Part shown: positions 18,177-29,454 of the stretch, one piece after another
Numbering within the stretch: the first letter of the stretch is position 1
Layout: each line of letters begins with the position of its first letter
From: Polyangiales bacterium
GTDB taxonomy: Bacteria; Myxococcota_A; Polyangia; Polyangiales; Ga0077539
Direction of reading: 5' to 3'
DNA length: 64,000 nucleotides
Assembly: GCA_044229975.1 (NCBI GenBank)
Contig: JBGARZ010000002.1
Span: 640,001-704,000, forward strand
Position numbers and translations under genes: made by a program
The notes under the pieces: model-generated
Told to the model about the DNA's origin: nothing
The model's database searches: none
Seen by the model: the letters and a program-made list of their open reading frames with translations, nothing else

Positions 18177-18192
18177 TCACAGCCCGCTGTGA
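18177..18192. promoter_or_regulatory. Perfect palindrome, candidate enhancer (UAS) site
   Basis: TCACAGC-CC-GCTGTGA, ~100 bp upstream of a sigma54-like promoter. Confidence 0.5.
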
Positions 18193-18291
18193 ACGCTTGT
18201 CCACGCGAATCCCTGCTCGTCGCCCCGGACCGTTGAACGTCTGCCGCGGGGACTCTCTTCGCGACCCGCGTGATTTTTCGACGGACGACCG

Positions 18292-18308
18292 TTGGTACGG
18301 CCGCTGCT
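18292..18308 (+). promoter_or_regulatory. Putative sigma54 -24/-12 promoter
   Basis: TTGGTACGGCCGCTGCT with GG at 18294-95 and GC at 18306-07; GGAGG at 18322 follows. Confidence 0.65.
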
Positions 18309-18337
18309 CTAGCGCTCCGCCGGAGGCAACAAGCGAT

Positions 18338-18949
18338 ATGACCCACCCGACCCACGAGACGACCCTCGACGATCAGGCCCTCGTCACCCGGCTGCTGCGC
18401 GGAGACGCAGCCGGTTGGAAGGAGTTCCAGGTGCGCTTCGACCGCCTCGTACGGCGACAGGTCGAGCGCGTCTGCCGCGGCTTCGCCCGCGTGCTGGGCA
18501 ACGACGAGATGGAGGAGATCCGCGCGGAGTTCTACCTCTCGCTGGTCGACCGCGAGATGCGCAAGCTCCGCCTCTTCGACCCGGCGCGCGGCCTCAAGCT
18601 CTCCAGCTGGGTCGCCCTGCTCGCAGGCAACTCGGCGCGCGACTTCCTCCGCTCGCACCGTCGCCGCCCCGCCACCCTGAGCTCCACCGGAGAGGTCGAC
18701 CGCGTCGACGACCGCGACCTCTTCGAGGACGCCGCGCGCAACGAGCGCTGCGGTCGCACCCTCGAAGCGCTCAAGGGCTTCGCGCCGCAAGACCAGCGCC
18801 TCCTCCTGATGCTCCACGTCGAGGAGGCGTCGGTCGAAGAGATCGCCCGCGCCTGCGGCGGCTCGGAGAAGACCGTCTACACCCGCGCGCATCGCATCCG
18901 CGCCCAGATGCGCCAGCGCTGCAACCCCTCCTCCTCCCTCGCCGCCTGA
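18338..18949 (+). CDS. ECF-type RNA polymerase sigma factor
   Basis: DDQALVTRLLRGDAAGW, FDPARG.KLSSWV..LAGNSARDFLR (region 2), SVEEIA..SEKTVYTR (region 4). Confidence 0.88.
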   Translation: MTHPTHETTLDDQALVTRLLRGDAAGWKEFQVRFDRLVRRQVERVCRGFARVLGNDEMEEIRAEFYLSLVDREMRKLRLFDPARGLKLSSWVALLAGNSARDFLRSHRRRPATLSSTGEVDRVDDRDLFEDAARNERCGRTLEALKGFAPQDQRLLLMLHVEEASVEEIARACGGSEKTVYTRAHRIRAQMRQRCNPSSSLAA

Positions 18950-19011
18950 CCTCCCCAGAAATTACCGCTCCTCCCCGGCGCCCCCGCTACGGTGCGTTTG
19001 CACCCCGCGCC

Positions 19012-19587
19012 ATGTCGTCGTCGCTCACCACCCCCGCCCCCGCGACCTGGTCGCTCGGAGCCGCCCTCGTGGCCGCCCACCTCGCGCGACGCCTGGCCCA
19101 CCACGCCGGGCCCGACGCCCTCGTGCGCTGGGGCGCCATCCGCTCGGGCGACCACCGCCTCGCCGACTCGTGGCGACTCGCCGCGCACGGCTGGCTGCAC
19201 ATCCACGCGCTGCACCTGCTGCTCAACCTCGTGCCGCTGCTCCTCCTCGGCCCATGGATCGAGCGCCGCGTCGGACGTCGCCGCCTCATCGCCACATGGA
19301 CCGGCGCCACCGTCGCGGGCGGCCTGCTCGCCGCCACCACGGCTCCCTCGGGAGCGCTCGTGGTGGGCGCTTCGGGCGGTAGCTTCGGTCTCCTCGGCCT
19401 GACCCTCGCTCAGCTCGCAGCAACCCCGTCGCGCACGCGCACGGCGCTCGCGGCCTTCGTCGTCGTGCATCTCGCCGCCGACCTCGGCGACCCTGGCGCG
19501 GCGCTCTCCGCTCACCTCGGCGGGCTGCTCATGGGCGCCATGGCGGGCTTCGCGTTTCGCCCGCGCGGGACCGTCGCGACGGCGTAG
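19012..19587 (+). CDS. Rhomboid intramembrane serine protease
   Basis: WRL..H..HLLLN, GASGG, AHLGG. Confidence 0.88.
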   Translation: MSSSLTTPAPATWSLGAALVAAHLARRLAHHAGPDALVRWGAIRSGDHRLADSWRLAAHGWLHIHALHLLLNLVPLLLLGPWIERRVGRRRLIATWTGATVAGGLLAATTAPSGALVVGASGGSFGLLGLTLAQLAATPSRTRTALAAFVVVHLAADLGDPGAALSAHLGGLLMGAMAGFAFRPRGTVATA

Positions 19588-19591
19588 CGGA

Positions 19592-20689
19592 TCAGCGCGG
19601 GGCCGTGCAGGCGATCTCGATCTGCAACGCCGCTGCGCTCATCGCGACGCGGTCGCAGGTCGCGCCGAACATGGTGAGCGTCGAGCGGTCGGCGTCGGTC
19701 CAGTCCCAGCCGTCCTGGCGGCTCGGGTCGCGGGTGATGGGCGTGGCGCCCTGGCTCACCGTCACCGTCGCCTCGGCCGGAACCGACCGGCCGACGCCAA
19801 ACACGCAGCGCGACACCTGCCGCTGGATCTGATCGAACGCGCTGGTGAGATCTTCCGGTCGGCGGACGCTGTAATAGGGCCGAGCCGAGGTCGCGGGGTT
19901 GGGTCGTCCACCGGCGACCGCGAGGCGCGAGAGCGAGGCGATGAGCTCGGGCTGACCGTCACCATCGATGCCCACGACGTAGGTGGGAATGCCGCCCGCC
20001 GCGAGCTCACGGAGCGCCTGCACCGTGCGCGCATCGTCGAGGCAGAGGGACGGGTCGTCCTCGCACTGCTGCTGGCCGGTGCCGCCGAGGGCCGTGCACT
20101 CGCAGCGCGCCCCATCGAGAGCGCCGTTGCAGTTGGGCGCGCCATCGGTCGCGAGGAGCAGCGCGCGAAACCGGTTCGGCGCCGCGCGGCCCTGGAGGTA
20201 GCGCCCCGCGGACTGAACCCCGAGCCAGGTCGGGGTGCGACCGTTGGGCCCGGTCTCGGCGAAGCGACGCAGGATGAGCGGTGCTTGCGCGAGCGCCGGG
20301 TTGAGGTCGGGGGTCGGCGCCACCGTGCAGAGGCCGACCACCCCGACGCCCGGGAAGAACTGCAACCCCATCGCGATGCGATCCTGATAGCGGGGGAGCG
20401 TGGTGGTGAGCGCGGAGATGAGAACGCCCCAGCGCTGAGGCACGCCCGCGCCGCCGAGCAGGTCGCGCTCCATGGAGGTCGAGCGGTCGGCGACGAGCAA
20501 GAGCTCGACCGACGAGGGTTGCGCGACCACGCGGGTCGGGACGCACACGTCGACGAGAGGAACGTCGCGCGGAACGTCCCCGGCGACGTCGACGCGATCG
20601 ACGCTGGCGTCGACGAGCAGGCCCGTCCTGGCGCCGCACGAGAACATCACCGACGCACAAGCTGCGATCAGTGCGTGGCCGTATCGCAT
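19592..20689 (-). CDS. VWA-domain lipoprotein (CglB-like family)
   Basis: MFSC lipobox, DRSTSM MIDAS, TPT, LATDGAPNC, DGWDW..GATC. Confidence 0.82.
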   Translation of the reverse strand: MRYGHALIAACASVMFSCGARTGLLVDASVDRVDVAGDVPRDVPLVDVCVPTRVVAQPSSVELLLVADRSTSMERDLLGGAGVPQRWGVLISALTTTLPRYQDRIAMGLQFFPGVGVVGLCTVAPTPDLNPALAQAPLILRRFAETGPNGRTPTWLGVQSAGRYLQGRAAPNRFRALLLATDGAPNCNGALDGARCECTALGGTGQQQCEDDPSLCLDDARTVQALRELAAGGIPTYVVGIDGDGQPELIASLSRLAVAGGRPNPATSARPYYSVRRPEDLTSAFDQIQRQVSRCVFGVGRSVPAEATVTVSQGATPITRDPSRQDGWDWTDADRSTLTMFGATCDRVAMSAAALQIEIACTAPR

Positions 20690-20713
20690 CGCCCAACCTC
20701 CCCTGCGGACCGC

Positions 20714-21976
20714 CTACGAGACCGAGTCCGTGGCCGCGTCGCCGTAGCCCAGGGCGTACTGCCGCCAATGGAGAAACAGCGTCTGCGCGATGGACATCAT
20801 CGGCACCGCGAGCAGCGCCCCGAGGATGCCGAAGGCGTGCTCACCCGCGAGCAGCGAGAACACGATGAGCACCGGGTGGATCTTCGCCTGGTCGCCCATG
20901 ATCTTTGGGTTGAGCAGGTTGGCTTCGAGCTGATGGATGCCGATGATCCAGAGCAGCACGAAGACGGCCGTGCCGAAGCTCTGCGTGAGCCCGATGGCGA
21001 CCGCGGGCACCGAGCTCAGCACCGTTCCGAAGATGGGGATGAGGGAGAACACCGTCGCGATCACGGCGAGCGTGGGCCAGTACTTCAGGTCGGCGAGCGC
21101 GAAGCCCACGGCGCTCAGCGAGCCGTTGACGAGGCAGATGATGAGCTGCCCGCGCACCACGCCCGAGAGACCGCGATCAAGGCGGCGCAGCAGCAGGTCG
21201 AAGGACTCGCGCGACTCCGGTCGCACCAGCGTGCGGAAAAAGCCCAGCACGCGCGCCTCGGTGATGAGCAGGTAGGCGCTCACCATCAGGGTCATGAAGA
21301 AGTTGAAGATGCCGCCGATGACGCCGCCGATGATGCCGCGGCCCACGCGCACCACATCGCCGACGTGCCCCTGCCCGAGGCGCCGCAGCTCGCGCTGCAT
21401 CGAGTCGCCTTCGCTCTGCGGCTGTCTCCGCGGTCGGATGCGCCAGTGCGAGTCGTCCTCCCGCTCGACGACCACGCCCTCGGGAGGCAGCGAGACGCGT
21501 AGCACCCCGTTGGCCTCCGGGGTCACCCGCAGCGCGCCGTCTTCGGGCGGGCGCTCGCCCGTCAGGTCGTTTTCTTCGCGCGGCGGTGTCGCGACGACGA
21601 CGCCCTGCGCCCGCGCCACCAGCGAGCGAACCTTCGGCATCCAGTCGCGCTCGGCCCGCGCGCGCAGCGTCGGCACCTCATGCACGAGAAACGATCGCGC
21701 CTCGGTCACCACCCGCGGCGTGATCGCGAGCAGCCCGAACACCAGACCCGCGACGAGCGTGACGTAGATGCCGAGCACCGCGGTCCACCGTGGCATCGAG
21801 CGACCGGCGACCTTCACGCGGGTGAGGGCACCGACCACCGGGTGCAGCACGTAGGCGAGCAGGGTGCCGATGACGAAGGGGCGCAGCACCGCCCACGAGA
21901 AGTAGAGCGACGTGGCGATGACCGCGACCCAGACGGCCGCGAAGAGGAGGCGCCGCCGGCGCACCACGTCGATCAT
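20714..21976 (-). CDS. AI-2E family transporter
   Basis: LAYVLHPVV, VRGQLII, IPIFG, QLEANLLNPKIMG..IHP, GALLAVP. Confidence 0.92.
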   Translation of the reverse strand: MIDVVRRRRLLFAAVWVAVIATSLYFSWAVLRPFVIGTLLAYVLHPVVGALTRVKVAGRSMPRWTAVLGIYVTLVAGLVFGLLAITPRVVTEARSFLVHEVPTLRARAERDWMPKVRSLVARAQGVVVATPPREENDLTGERPPEDGALRVTPEANGVLRVSLPPEGVVVEREDDSHWRIRPRRQPQSEGDSMQRELRRLGQGHVGDVVRVGRGIIGGVIGGIFNFFMTLMVSAYLLITEARVLGFFRTLVRPESRESFDLLLRRLDRGLSGVVRGQLIICLVNGSLSAVGFALADLKYWPTLAVIATVFSLIPIFGTVLSSVPAVAIGLTQSFGTAVFVLLWIIGIHQLEANLLNPKIMGDQAKIHPVLIVFSLLAGEHAFGILGALLAVPMMSIAQTLFLHWRQYALGYGDAATDSVS

Positions 21977-22554
21977 CGACCGGACGCCTTGGCCTTGCGA
22001 GCGGGCTTGCGGCGACCGCCAGGCACCGAGTCGATGGGCGAGTCACCCAGCGGTCGGAAGTAGGGGGCCAGGCGGTTCCAGGTGTCGCTGAGGGCCTCGG
22101 GCATGACGCGGAGGTCGGCCACGACGGGCATGAAGTTCATGTCGCCGCGCCACCGCGGGACGATGTGCACGTGCAGGTGCTCGGCGATGCCCGCGCCCGC
22201 CGCCGCGCCGATGTTGATGCCGATGTTGATGCCCTCGGCGTTGACCGCGACCTTCAGCGCCGAGCCCGCGGCGCGCACCAGTTCGAAGAGCGCGGCGTGC
22301 TCCTTCGGGGTGAGCTCGTCGAGGTTGTTGGCGTGCCGCGTCGGCACGACCATCAGGTGACCCGCCGCGAAGGGGTATTTGTTGAGCATCACGAAGGCGT
22401 CGGCGCGCACGCACAGGATGAGGCGCTCGGGCAGCTTCGCGGGGTCTTCCGCGGGGTACTTGCAGAAGATGCAGCCGGGCTCCTTCGGGCCGCGGATGTA
22501 CTCCATGCGCCACGGGGCCCAGAGACGATTGGGGGAGTCGTTTCGGCTGGTCAC
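21973..22554 (-). CDS. HIT family hydrolase
   Basis: LWAPWRMEYI, CIFC, LNKYPF..GHLMVVP, HLHVHIVPRW. Confidence 0.93.
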   Translation of the reverse strand: MTSRNDSPNRLWAPWRMEYIRGPKEPGCIFCKYPAEDPAKLPERLILCVRADAFVMLNKYPFAAGHLMVVPTRHANNLDELTPKEHAALFELVRAAGSALKVAVNAEGINIGINIGAAAGAGIAEHLHVHIVPRWRGDMNFMPVVADLRVMPEALSDTWNRLAPYFRPLGDSPIDSVPGGRRKPARKAKASGR

Positions 22555-22634
22555 GGAGCGCGCAGGGTGGCGCGCGTTGCCACAGGAATCAACGGCCAAC
22601 CGATCGGCGACCGCGACGCGTGCAGGACACCGGA

Positions 22635-22660
22635 GCCCCTCTCCTGCGAGGGAGAGGGGC
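22635..22660 (-). terminator. GC-rich hairpin downstream of rpsA (terminator or REP-like)
   Basis: GCCCCTCTCC-N6-GGAGAGGGGC 10-bp stem with no U-tract. Confidence 0.45.
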
Positions 22661-22709
22661 GCGCGGCGGCGGGGGTGAGGTCAGGAAGGGAGGAGAGAGG
22701 AGGACGCGA

Positions 22710-24494
<1,785 letters not shown>

Positions 24495-24686
24495 GCAGTC
24501 GTTCTATGACCTGTCCTCGCGCACCGTCGGGGGGAGACTCTTCCTCACACCGCCGCGGCGACCATCGCCGCGCGTGTCAGGAAGAACCGATGGTGCAGTG
24601 GAGTTGACCGAGGAGCGTTGGTGGGTTCGCCGAACCCACTTCGGGTCAATGCGGGCTCTGTTAGAGCAATCGCCGAAACCTGTCAA
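24495..24686 (-). promoter_or_regulatory. rpsA promoter and structured 5' leader
   Basis: TTGACA (24681-86)-N17-TAACAG, followed by two compound hairpins (24604-24649, 24539-24585). Confidence 0.6.
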
Positions 24687-25372
24687 AGGGCTCCGCGCCC
24701 GCGGGCCAGAGCGACGATGGCCGCCACGACCTCGTCGGGCGTGAGCCGGTCACTGTCCACCCGTACAGCGTCGGCCGCCTCTCGCAGCGGGGCGATCTCC
24801 CGGCTCGCATCCTGGTGGTCGCGCTGCCGCACGTCCGCGAGCGTCGCCTCGTAGTCCGCGTCGGTGCCCTTCGCGCGAAGCTCCTCGCAGCGCCGACGCG
24901 CCCGCTCCTCCGCCGTCGCCGTGAGGAAGACCTTCAGCTCCGCTTGCGGAAACACCACCGTGCCGATGTCGCGGCCCTCCAGCACCACCGCCCCGTGACG
25001 GCCGAAGACCCGCTGCGCGTCGAGCAGCGCCTCGCGCACCGCCGGGTACGCCGCCACCGCGCTCGCGCCCATGGACATCTCCGGCGTCCGCAGCGCGTCG
25101 CCCGGATCGCTCCCGTCGATGAGCACCCGCGTGACGCCGCGATCGCCCGCTTCGAGACGCAGCGCGCCCGACGCCACCGCCGCCCGTACGGTCGCCTCCA
25201 CGCCCGCCCGGTCGCCCATCGCCACGCCCGCCCGCGAGGCCACCAGCGCCGACGCCCGGTAGAGCGACCCCGTGTCCACCAGCGTGTACCCGAGCGCCGC
25301 CGCCACCTGCCGCGCCACGGTGCTCTTGCCCGCGCCCGCGGGCCCGTCGATCGCCACCACGATGCCGCTCAT
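24683..25372 (-). CDS. cmk: Cytidylate kinase
   Basis: IDGPAGAGKS, DTGSLYR, EGRDIGTVVFP. ATGA overlap with aroA. Confidence 0.96.
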   Translation of the reverse strand: MSGIVVAIDGPAGAGKSTVARQVAAALGYTLVDTGSLYRASALVASRAGVAMGDRAGVEATVRAAVASGALRLEAGDRGVTRVLIDGSDPGDALRTPEMSMGASAVAAYPAVREALLDAQRVFGRHGAVVLEGRDIGTVVFPQAELKVFLTATAEERARRRCEELRAKGTDADYEATLADVRQRDHQDASREIAPLREAADAVRVDSDRLTPDEVVAAIVALARGRGAL

Positions 25373-26727
25373 TCCATCACCTCGATGTCTCCGCCCAGTC
25401 CACGCAGCACCGCCGCGAAGTCCGGGTCGCTCGTGTCGACGCACGCGACGTCGTCGATGGTCGTCTCGCCGTCGGCCGCGAGCGCCAGCACCGCCGCCGC
25501 CATCGCGATGCGGTGATCGCCGCGCGTCGCCACCACGGCCCCGCCCTTCGGTCGTCCGCCGCGCACCAGCAACCCGTCCGCCGACGCCGCGTGCTCGATG
25601 CCGAAGGCCGCGAGCATCGCCGCGAGCGCTGCCACCCGATCGCTCTCCTTCACCCGCAGCTCGGCCAGGTCTTCGAAGCGGCTCTCGCCCGGCGACACCG
25701 CCGCCGCCGCCACCAGCGCCGGGATCTCGTCGATGCACCGCGTGGTCAGCTCGCCCGCGACATGCGCCGCCCGACGGAGCGTCCCCGTGCCCGCGACGCC
25801 GACGTGGAGGTCGCCCACCGGCTCGCCGCCGACCTCTCCCTTCGGTGCCACGCCCGCGCCGCCCCCCTGGTCGCGCAGCGCTTCGAGGAAGCCAGTGCGC
25901 GTCGGGTTGACGCCCACGCCGCGCACCTGGATCCGCGATCCCTCCACCACGTGCGCCGCCGCCACCCAGAACGCCGCCGCCGACGGATCGCCCGGGATCT
26001 CCAGGTCGAGCGGCGCGAGCGCACCGTCCCATCCGCTGGGGTCGAGCACGCACATCGGCCCGAGCGTTCGCAGCGGAACGCCCATCGCCAGCAGCATCCG
26101 CTCGGTGTGGTCGCGCGAGAGCGTGGGCTCGCGCAACGAGGTCTCGCCGTCCGCGAAGAGCCCGGAGAGCAGCAGGCACGACTTCACCTGCGCGCTCGCC
26201 GCGGCCAGCGACTCGTCGCTCGCGAAGAGCCTTCGTCCGCCCGTGAGACCGCGGATGACCAGCGGCGCCGTCTCGTCGCGTCGCACCGGGTCGATGGTCC
26301 CTTCGATGCTCGCGCCGCGGGCGCGCAGCGGTCGCGTGATGCGACCCATCGGGCGACGCGAGAGGGAGGCATCGCCAACCAGCGTCGTGTCGAAGCCCTG
26401 CGCAGCAAGAACGCCCGCGACCAGCCGCATGGACGTGCCCGCGTTGCCGCAGTCGAGCGTCGCGTCGGCGGGCGCACCGAGCCCACCGAGGCCGCGGCCC
26501 TCCACCCTCACCGAGCGCCCGTCCAACTGGTGCGTGGCGACACCGAGCGCCTCCATGATGGCGCGGGTGCGGGCCACGTCGTCGCCCGGCGAGAGCCCGC
26601 GCAGCACGCTGTCACCCTCGGCGAGCGACGCGAGAATCCACGCCCGGTGCGAGATGGACTTGTCGCCCGGGACGCGGAAGGCTCCGCGCAAGGGACGGGT
26701 CGCGGGGCGGACGATCCAACGGCGCAT
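25369..26727 (-). CDS. aroA: EPSP synthase
   Basis: PGDKSISHR, DCGNAGT, SAQVKS, RDHTERML, RVKESDR, DHRIAM. Start at 26727 or 26739. Confidence 0.96.
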   Translation of the reverse strand: MRRWIVRPATRPLRGAFRVPGDKSISHRAWILASLAEGDSVLRGLSPGDDVARTRAIMEALGVATHQLDGRSVRVEGRGLGGLGAPADATLDCGNAGTSMRLVAGVLAAQGFDTTLVGDASLSRRPMGRITRPLRARGASIEGTIDPVRRDETAPLVIRGLTGGRRLFASDESLAAASAQVKSCLLLSGLFADGETSLREPTLSRDHTERMLLAMGVPLRTLGPMCVLDPSGWDGALAPLDLEIPGDPSAAAFWVAAAHVVEGSRIQVRGVGVNPTRTGFLEALRDQGGGAGVAPKGEVGGEPVGDLHVGVAGTGTLRRAAHVAGELTTRCIDEIPALVAAAAVSPGESRFEDLAELRVKESDRVAALAAMLAAFGIEHAASADGLLVRGGRPKGGAVVATRGDHRIAMAAAVLALAADGETTIDDVACVDTSDPDFAAVLRGLGGDIEVME

Positions 26728-26795
26728 GCGCGGCGGCATACACGATCGACCCCCTCGGCGTCACGAGCGCGCGCCGGGCTGATACAACCGTCGCC

Positions 26796-28502
26796 ATGGA
26801 CTTCGCCCGCCGCTCCATCGTCGCCGCCTGTCTGCTCTCGCTCGCCGCCGGCTGCGACGACGCACCGACCACACCAGTCGATGCCGCCGTGTCCGACCTG
26901 GGCAGCGATACGGGCTCCGACCTCGGCTTTGCTGTCGATGTGCCTGAAGCCGTCGATGCGGGCGCGGCTGATGTGGTCGACGCGAGCGCCTTCGGCCCGG
27001 GACCGTATGGCCTTCGCCCGCGCGACCTCGCGGGCCCGTTTACCGTGATGACCGAGGCGGGCCCGTGGTCACTGCAAGAGCACTTCACTGGCGAGGACAG
27101 CTACGTGTTCATCGTGGTGACGGCGGCGAGCTACTCGACCAACCTGCTCGCCGGAAGCATCGAAGAGCTCATCGATCGCTCACCCCGCAACGTCCACTAT
27201 TTCTTCCTCACCACCACGGCGACGACGCAGCTCGAAGCCTTCCAGCAGCGCACCCAGGAGGCGCTCGGCAACCTCGGCGAGGAAGACCGCGCGCACTGGG
27301 CGCAGCGCTTTCACTTCGTGAGCGAAAACCTCACGACGATGCAGAACTGGCTCGGCGAGCTCTACCGCGCGCGCCGCAACACCACGAACATGGTCCCGCG
27401 CTACGAGTCGGTGCAGTGGGCGGTCGACCGCACGCAGCACATCCGCGAGGTGGGCCAGCTCGGTCGCCTCGCCTCTGGGGGACTGCGCCTCGAGCTCCCG
27501 CTGCTCGCCAACGAGGCCCGCTACTACAACTTCGAGTACGCCCGCGAAGCCGAGCTCGCGTCGCACCCCGCCACCACCGTCACGCTCCTCGACCACGCCA
27601 TGGTCGTCGACAACATCGACGTCGACGCGACGCTGCCCGACGCGACCGCAATGGCGAGCTTCGACACGCTCGAAGTCGACCTGAGCACCGACTGCGTCAA
27701 CCGCCGCGACGGTGACTGCGGCGCGTGGGACTACCTCTCGCACCTCTGGCTGTGCTCTGAAGCGACACCCTCCGCCGACGCAGGCGCCCCCTCTCCCGAC
27801 GCGGGACCGCAGTGGCGCTGCGACACCGAGCTCGCCCGCTGGATCACCACCTACTGGCGCGAGGGCCGCTGGGTCACCGACATCTCGGGCGTTCTTCCGC
27901 TGCTCCGCGCGGGCGGGCGGCAGCACCTCCGCTGGTACGCGTCGCGGCAGTTCGATCCGCGGCCCGCTCCCTATGTCGCGAGCCTCTCGCTGCGCTTCGG
28001 CAACCGCGCGCGAGCGGTGCGTCCCTTCGAGACGCGGCTGCTCTACCAGGGCGGCAACCTCAACGCGACGTGGACCGAGCGGCACCCCGCGCAGCGCTTC
28101 ACCGTGCCCGCCGACACGCGCCGCGCCGAGCTCTACGCGCTCATCACGGGTCATGGTTCGGAGACGAGCCAGTGCGCGGAGTTCTGCAACCACGGGCACC
28201 ACCTGCGGCTCAACAACAACGACCACGTCATCGACTTCCCTGAGGCGCGCTCGGCCGACGGGTGCAACGACATGGTCGACCAGGGCGTGGTGCCCAACCA
28301 GCACGGCACCTGGTACTTCGGCCGCGGCGGCTGGTGCCCGGGGTGGGACGTTCGGCCCGTCGTCATCGACGTCACCTCCGAGCTGCGCATGGGCGGCGAC
28401 AACGAGCTCACCTACGGGGTCACCGTCGACAACCGGGCCATCACCTCGATGGCGGGCTACGGCAACGTCGTCGTCACCGCCTACCTCGTGCTGTCGCGCT
28501 GA
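26796..28502 (+). CDS. PNGase F-related lipoprotein
   Basis: Lipobox LAAGC; CGAWDY; ELARWITTY; ITGHG..CAEFC; GTWYFGRGGWCPG. Confidence 0.8.
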   Translation: MDFARRSIVAACLLSLAAGCDDAPTTPVDAAVSDLGSDTGSDLGFAVDVPEAVDAGAADVVDASAFGPGPYGLRPRDLAGPFTVMTEAGPWSLQEHFTGEDSYVFIVVTAASYSTNLLAGSIEELIDRSPRNVHYFFLTTTATTQLEAFQQRTQEALGNLGEEDRAHWAQRFHFVSENLTTMQNWLGELYRARRNTTNMVPRYESVQWAVDRTQHIREVGQLGRLASGGLRLELPLLANEARYYNFEYAREAELASHPATTVTLLDHAMVVDNIDVDATLPDATAMASFDTLEVDLSTDCVNRRDGDCGAWDYLSHLWLCSEATPSADAGAPSPDAGPQWRCDTELARWITTYWREGRWVTDISGVLPLLRAGGRQHLRWYASRQFDPRPAPYVASLSLRFGNRARAVRPFETRLLYQGGNLNATWTERHPAQRFTVPADTRRAELYALITGHGSETSQCAEFCNHGHHLRLNNNDHVIDFPEARSADGCNDMVDQGVVPNQHGTWYFGRGGWCPGWDVRPVVIDVTSELRMGGDNELTYGVTVDNRAITSMAGYGNVVVTAYLVLSR

Positions 28503-28648
28503 CGGAGTCGTCCTACGAGATGACGCACAGCGCGCCACTGCGACGGACTCCGGCGAACCGGCGCTGACGGGGTGCCTGGTCCGTGTGCCGGTTCACAGGA
28601 GGTCCCGGCTCTCGTCGGGGTCGTCCCCTGCGGGTTAGGGTGGCGTCC

Positions 28649-29419
28649 ATGACGTCTGGCCTCGGAGTGGGACTCTTCTTCGTCCTGTTGATCGGCGGCA
28701 TGGCCGTGATGTTCATCTGGGCCTGGCTCGGCGGCCGCAGAGAAGATCGCGAGCGGCGGGAGGTGGTCGAGCGTTGGTACGCCGGAGTGGAGCGGAGGCG
28801 TGAGGAGGCGCGCGCAGAGGCTCGCACTCACCTGGCGTCGCTCTCGCCGGACGAGATCCGAGCGCGGCTCCGTGTGTCGGTCTGTCGGCACGCCCCGAGC
28901 GAGGCGCAGCTCCCGCCGGGTAGCTGGCTGTTGGCCGAGGACCTCGCCTGCCGCCTCATCGTCGAGGAGTTTCCGTTGCAGGAAATCGATCCCGACGTGC
29001 GCGCTCGCCTGCCCGAAGACGACGCGTCGCTCGCGCGAATCGCGCTGGAGCAGACCTTCGCCGCGCCGCTGGAGGCCGGCGCTCAGCGCGCGCCCAACGG
29101 CTGGCTCGCCGCTCCCGACCGTCTCCTCGGCGCGGTCCCGTCGGTGCTGGCTGGGGCCGGCGCCGACGTCGTGTGGAGGGCGCTTCCGGTCGACGTCGAA
29201 GCACTCGCCGCACTCGCCGCGAACACCCCGATCGAGGGGCCGCTGAAGCACGCGATGTTCTTCTGGGACGGCGCGCGCCTCGAACAGATCTCCGCGTACG
29301 CTCACACGGTCATCGGGCCGACGACGCCACACTTCACGCTTCGGCTCCCCGCGTCGATGCGCGCGATGACCGACCTGCCGACAGATCCGACCGGACGGAT
29401 CGGCGTTCGCCGGCGCTGA
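28649..29419 (+). CDS. Hypothetical membrane-anchored protein
   Basis: N-terminal TM helix and charged coiled segment; TAGGGT 7 nt upstream of the ATG. Confidence 0.65.
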   Translation: MTSGLGVGLFFVLLIGGMAVMFIWAWLGGRREDRERREVVERWYAGVERRREEARAEARTHLASLSPDEIRARLRVSVCRHAPSEAQLPPGSWLLAEDLACRLIVEEFPLQEIDPDVRARLPEDDASLARIALEQTFAAPLEAGAQRAPNGWLAAPDRLLGAVPSVLAGAGADVVWRALPVDVEALAALAANTPIEGPLKHAMFFWDGARLEQISAYAHTVIGPTTPHFTLRLPASMRAMTDLPTDPTGRIGVRRR

Positions 29420-29424
29420 CCTCG

Positions 29425-29454
29425 CGCTGATCCACCCTTTGGGGGATGCCAGCG
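29425..29454. terminator. Hairpin between convergent genes
   Basis: CGCTG-ATCC-ACCC-TTT-GGG-GGAT-GC-CAGCG imperfect stem. Confidence 0.4.
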
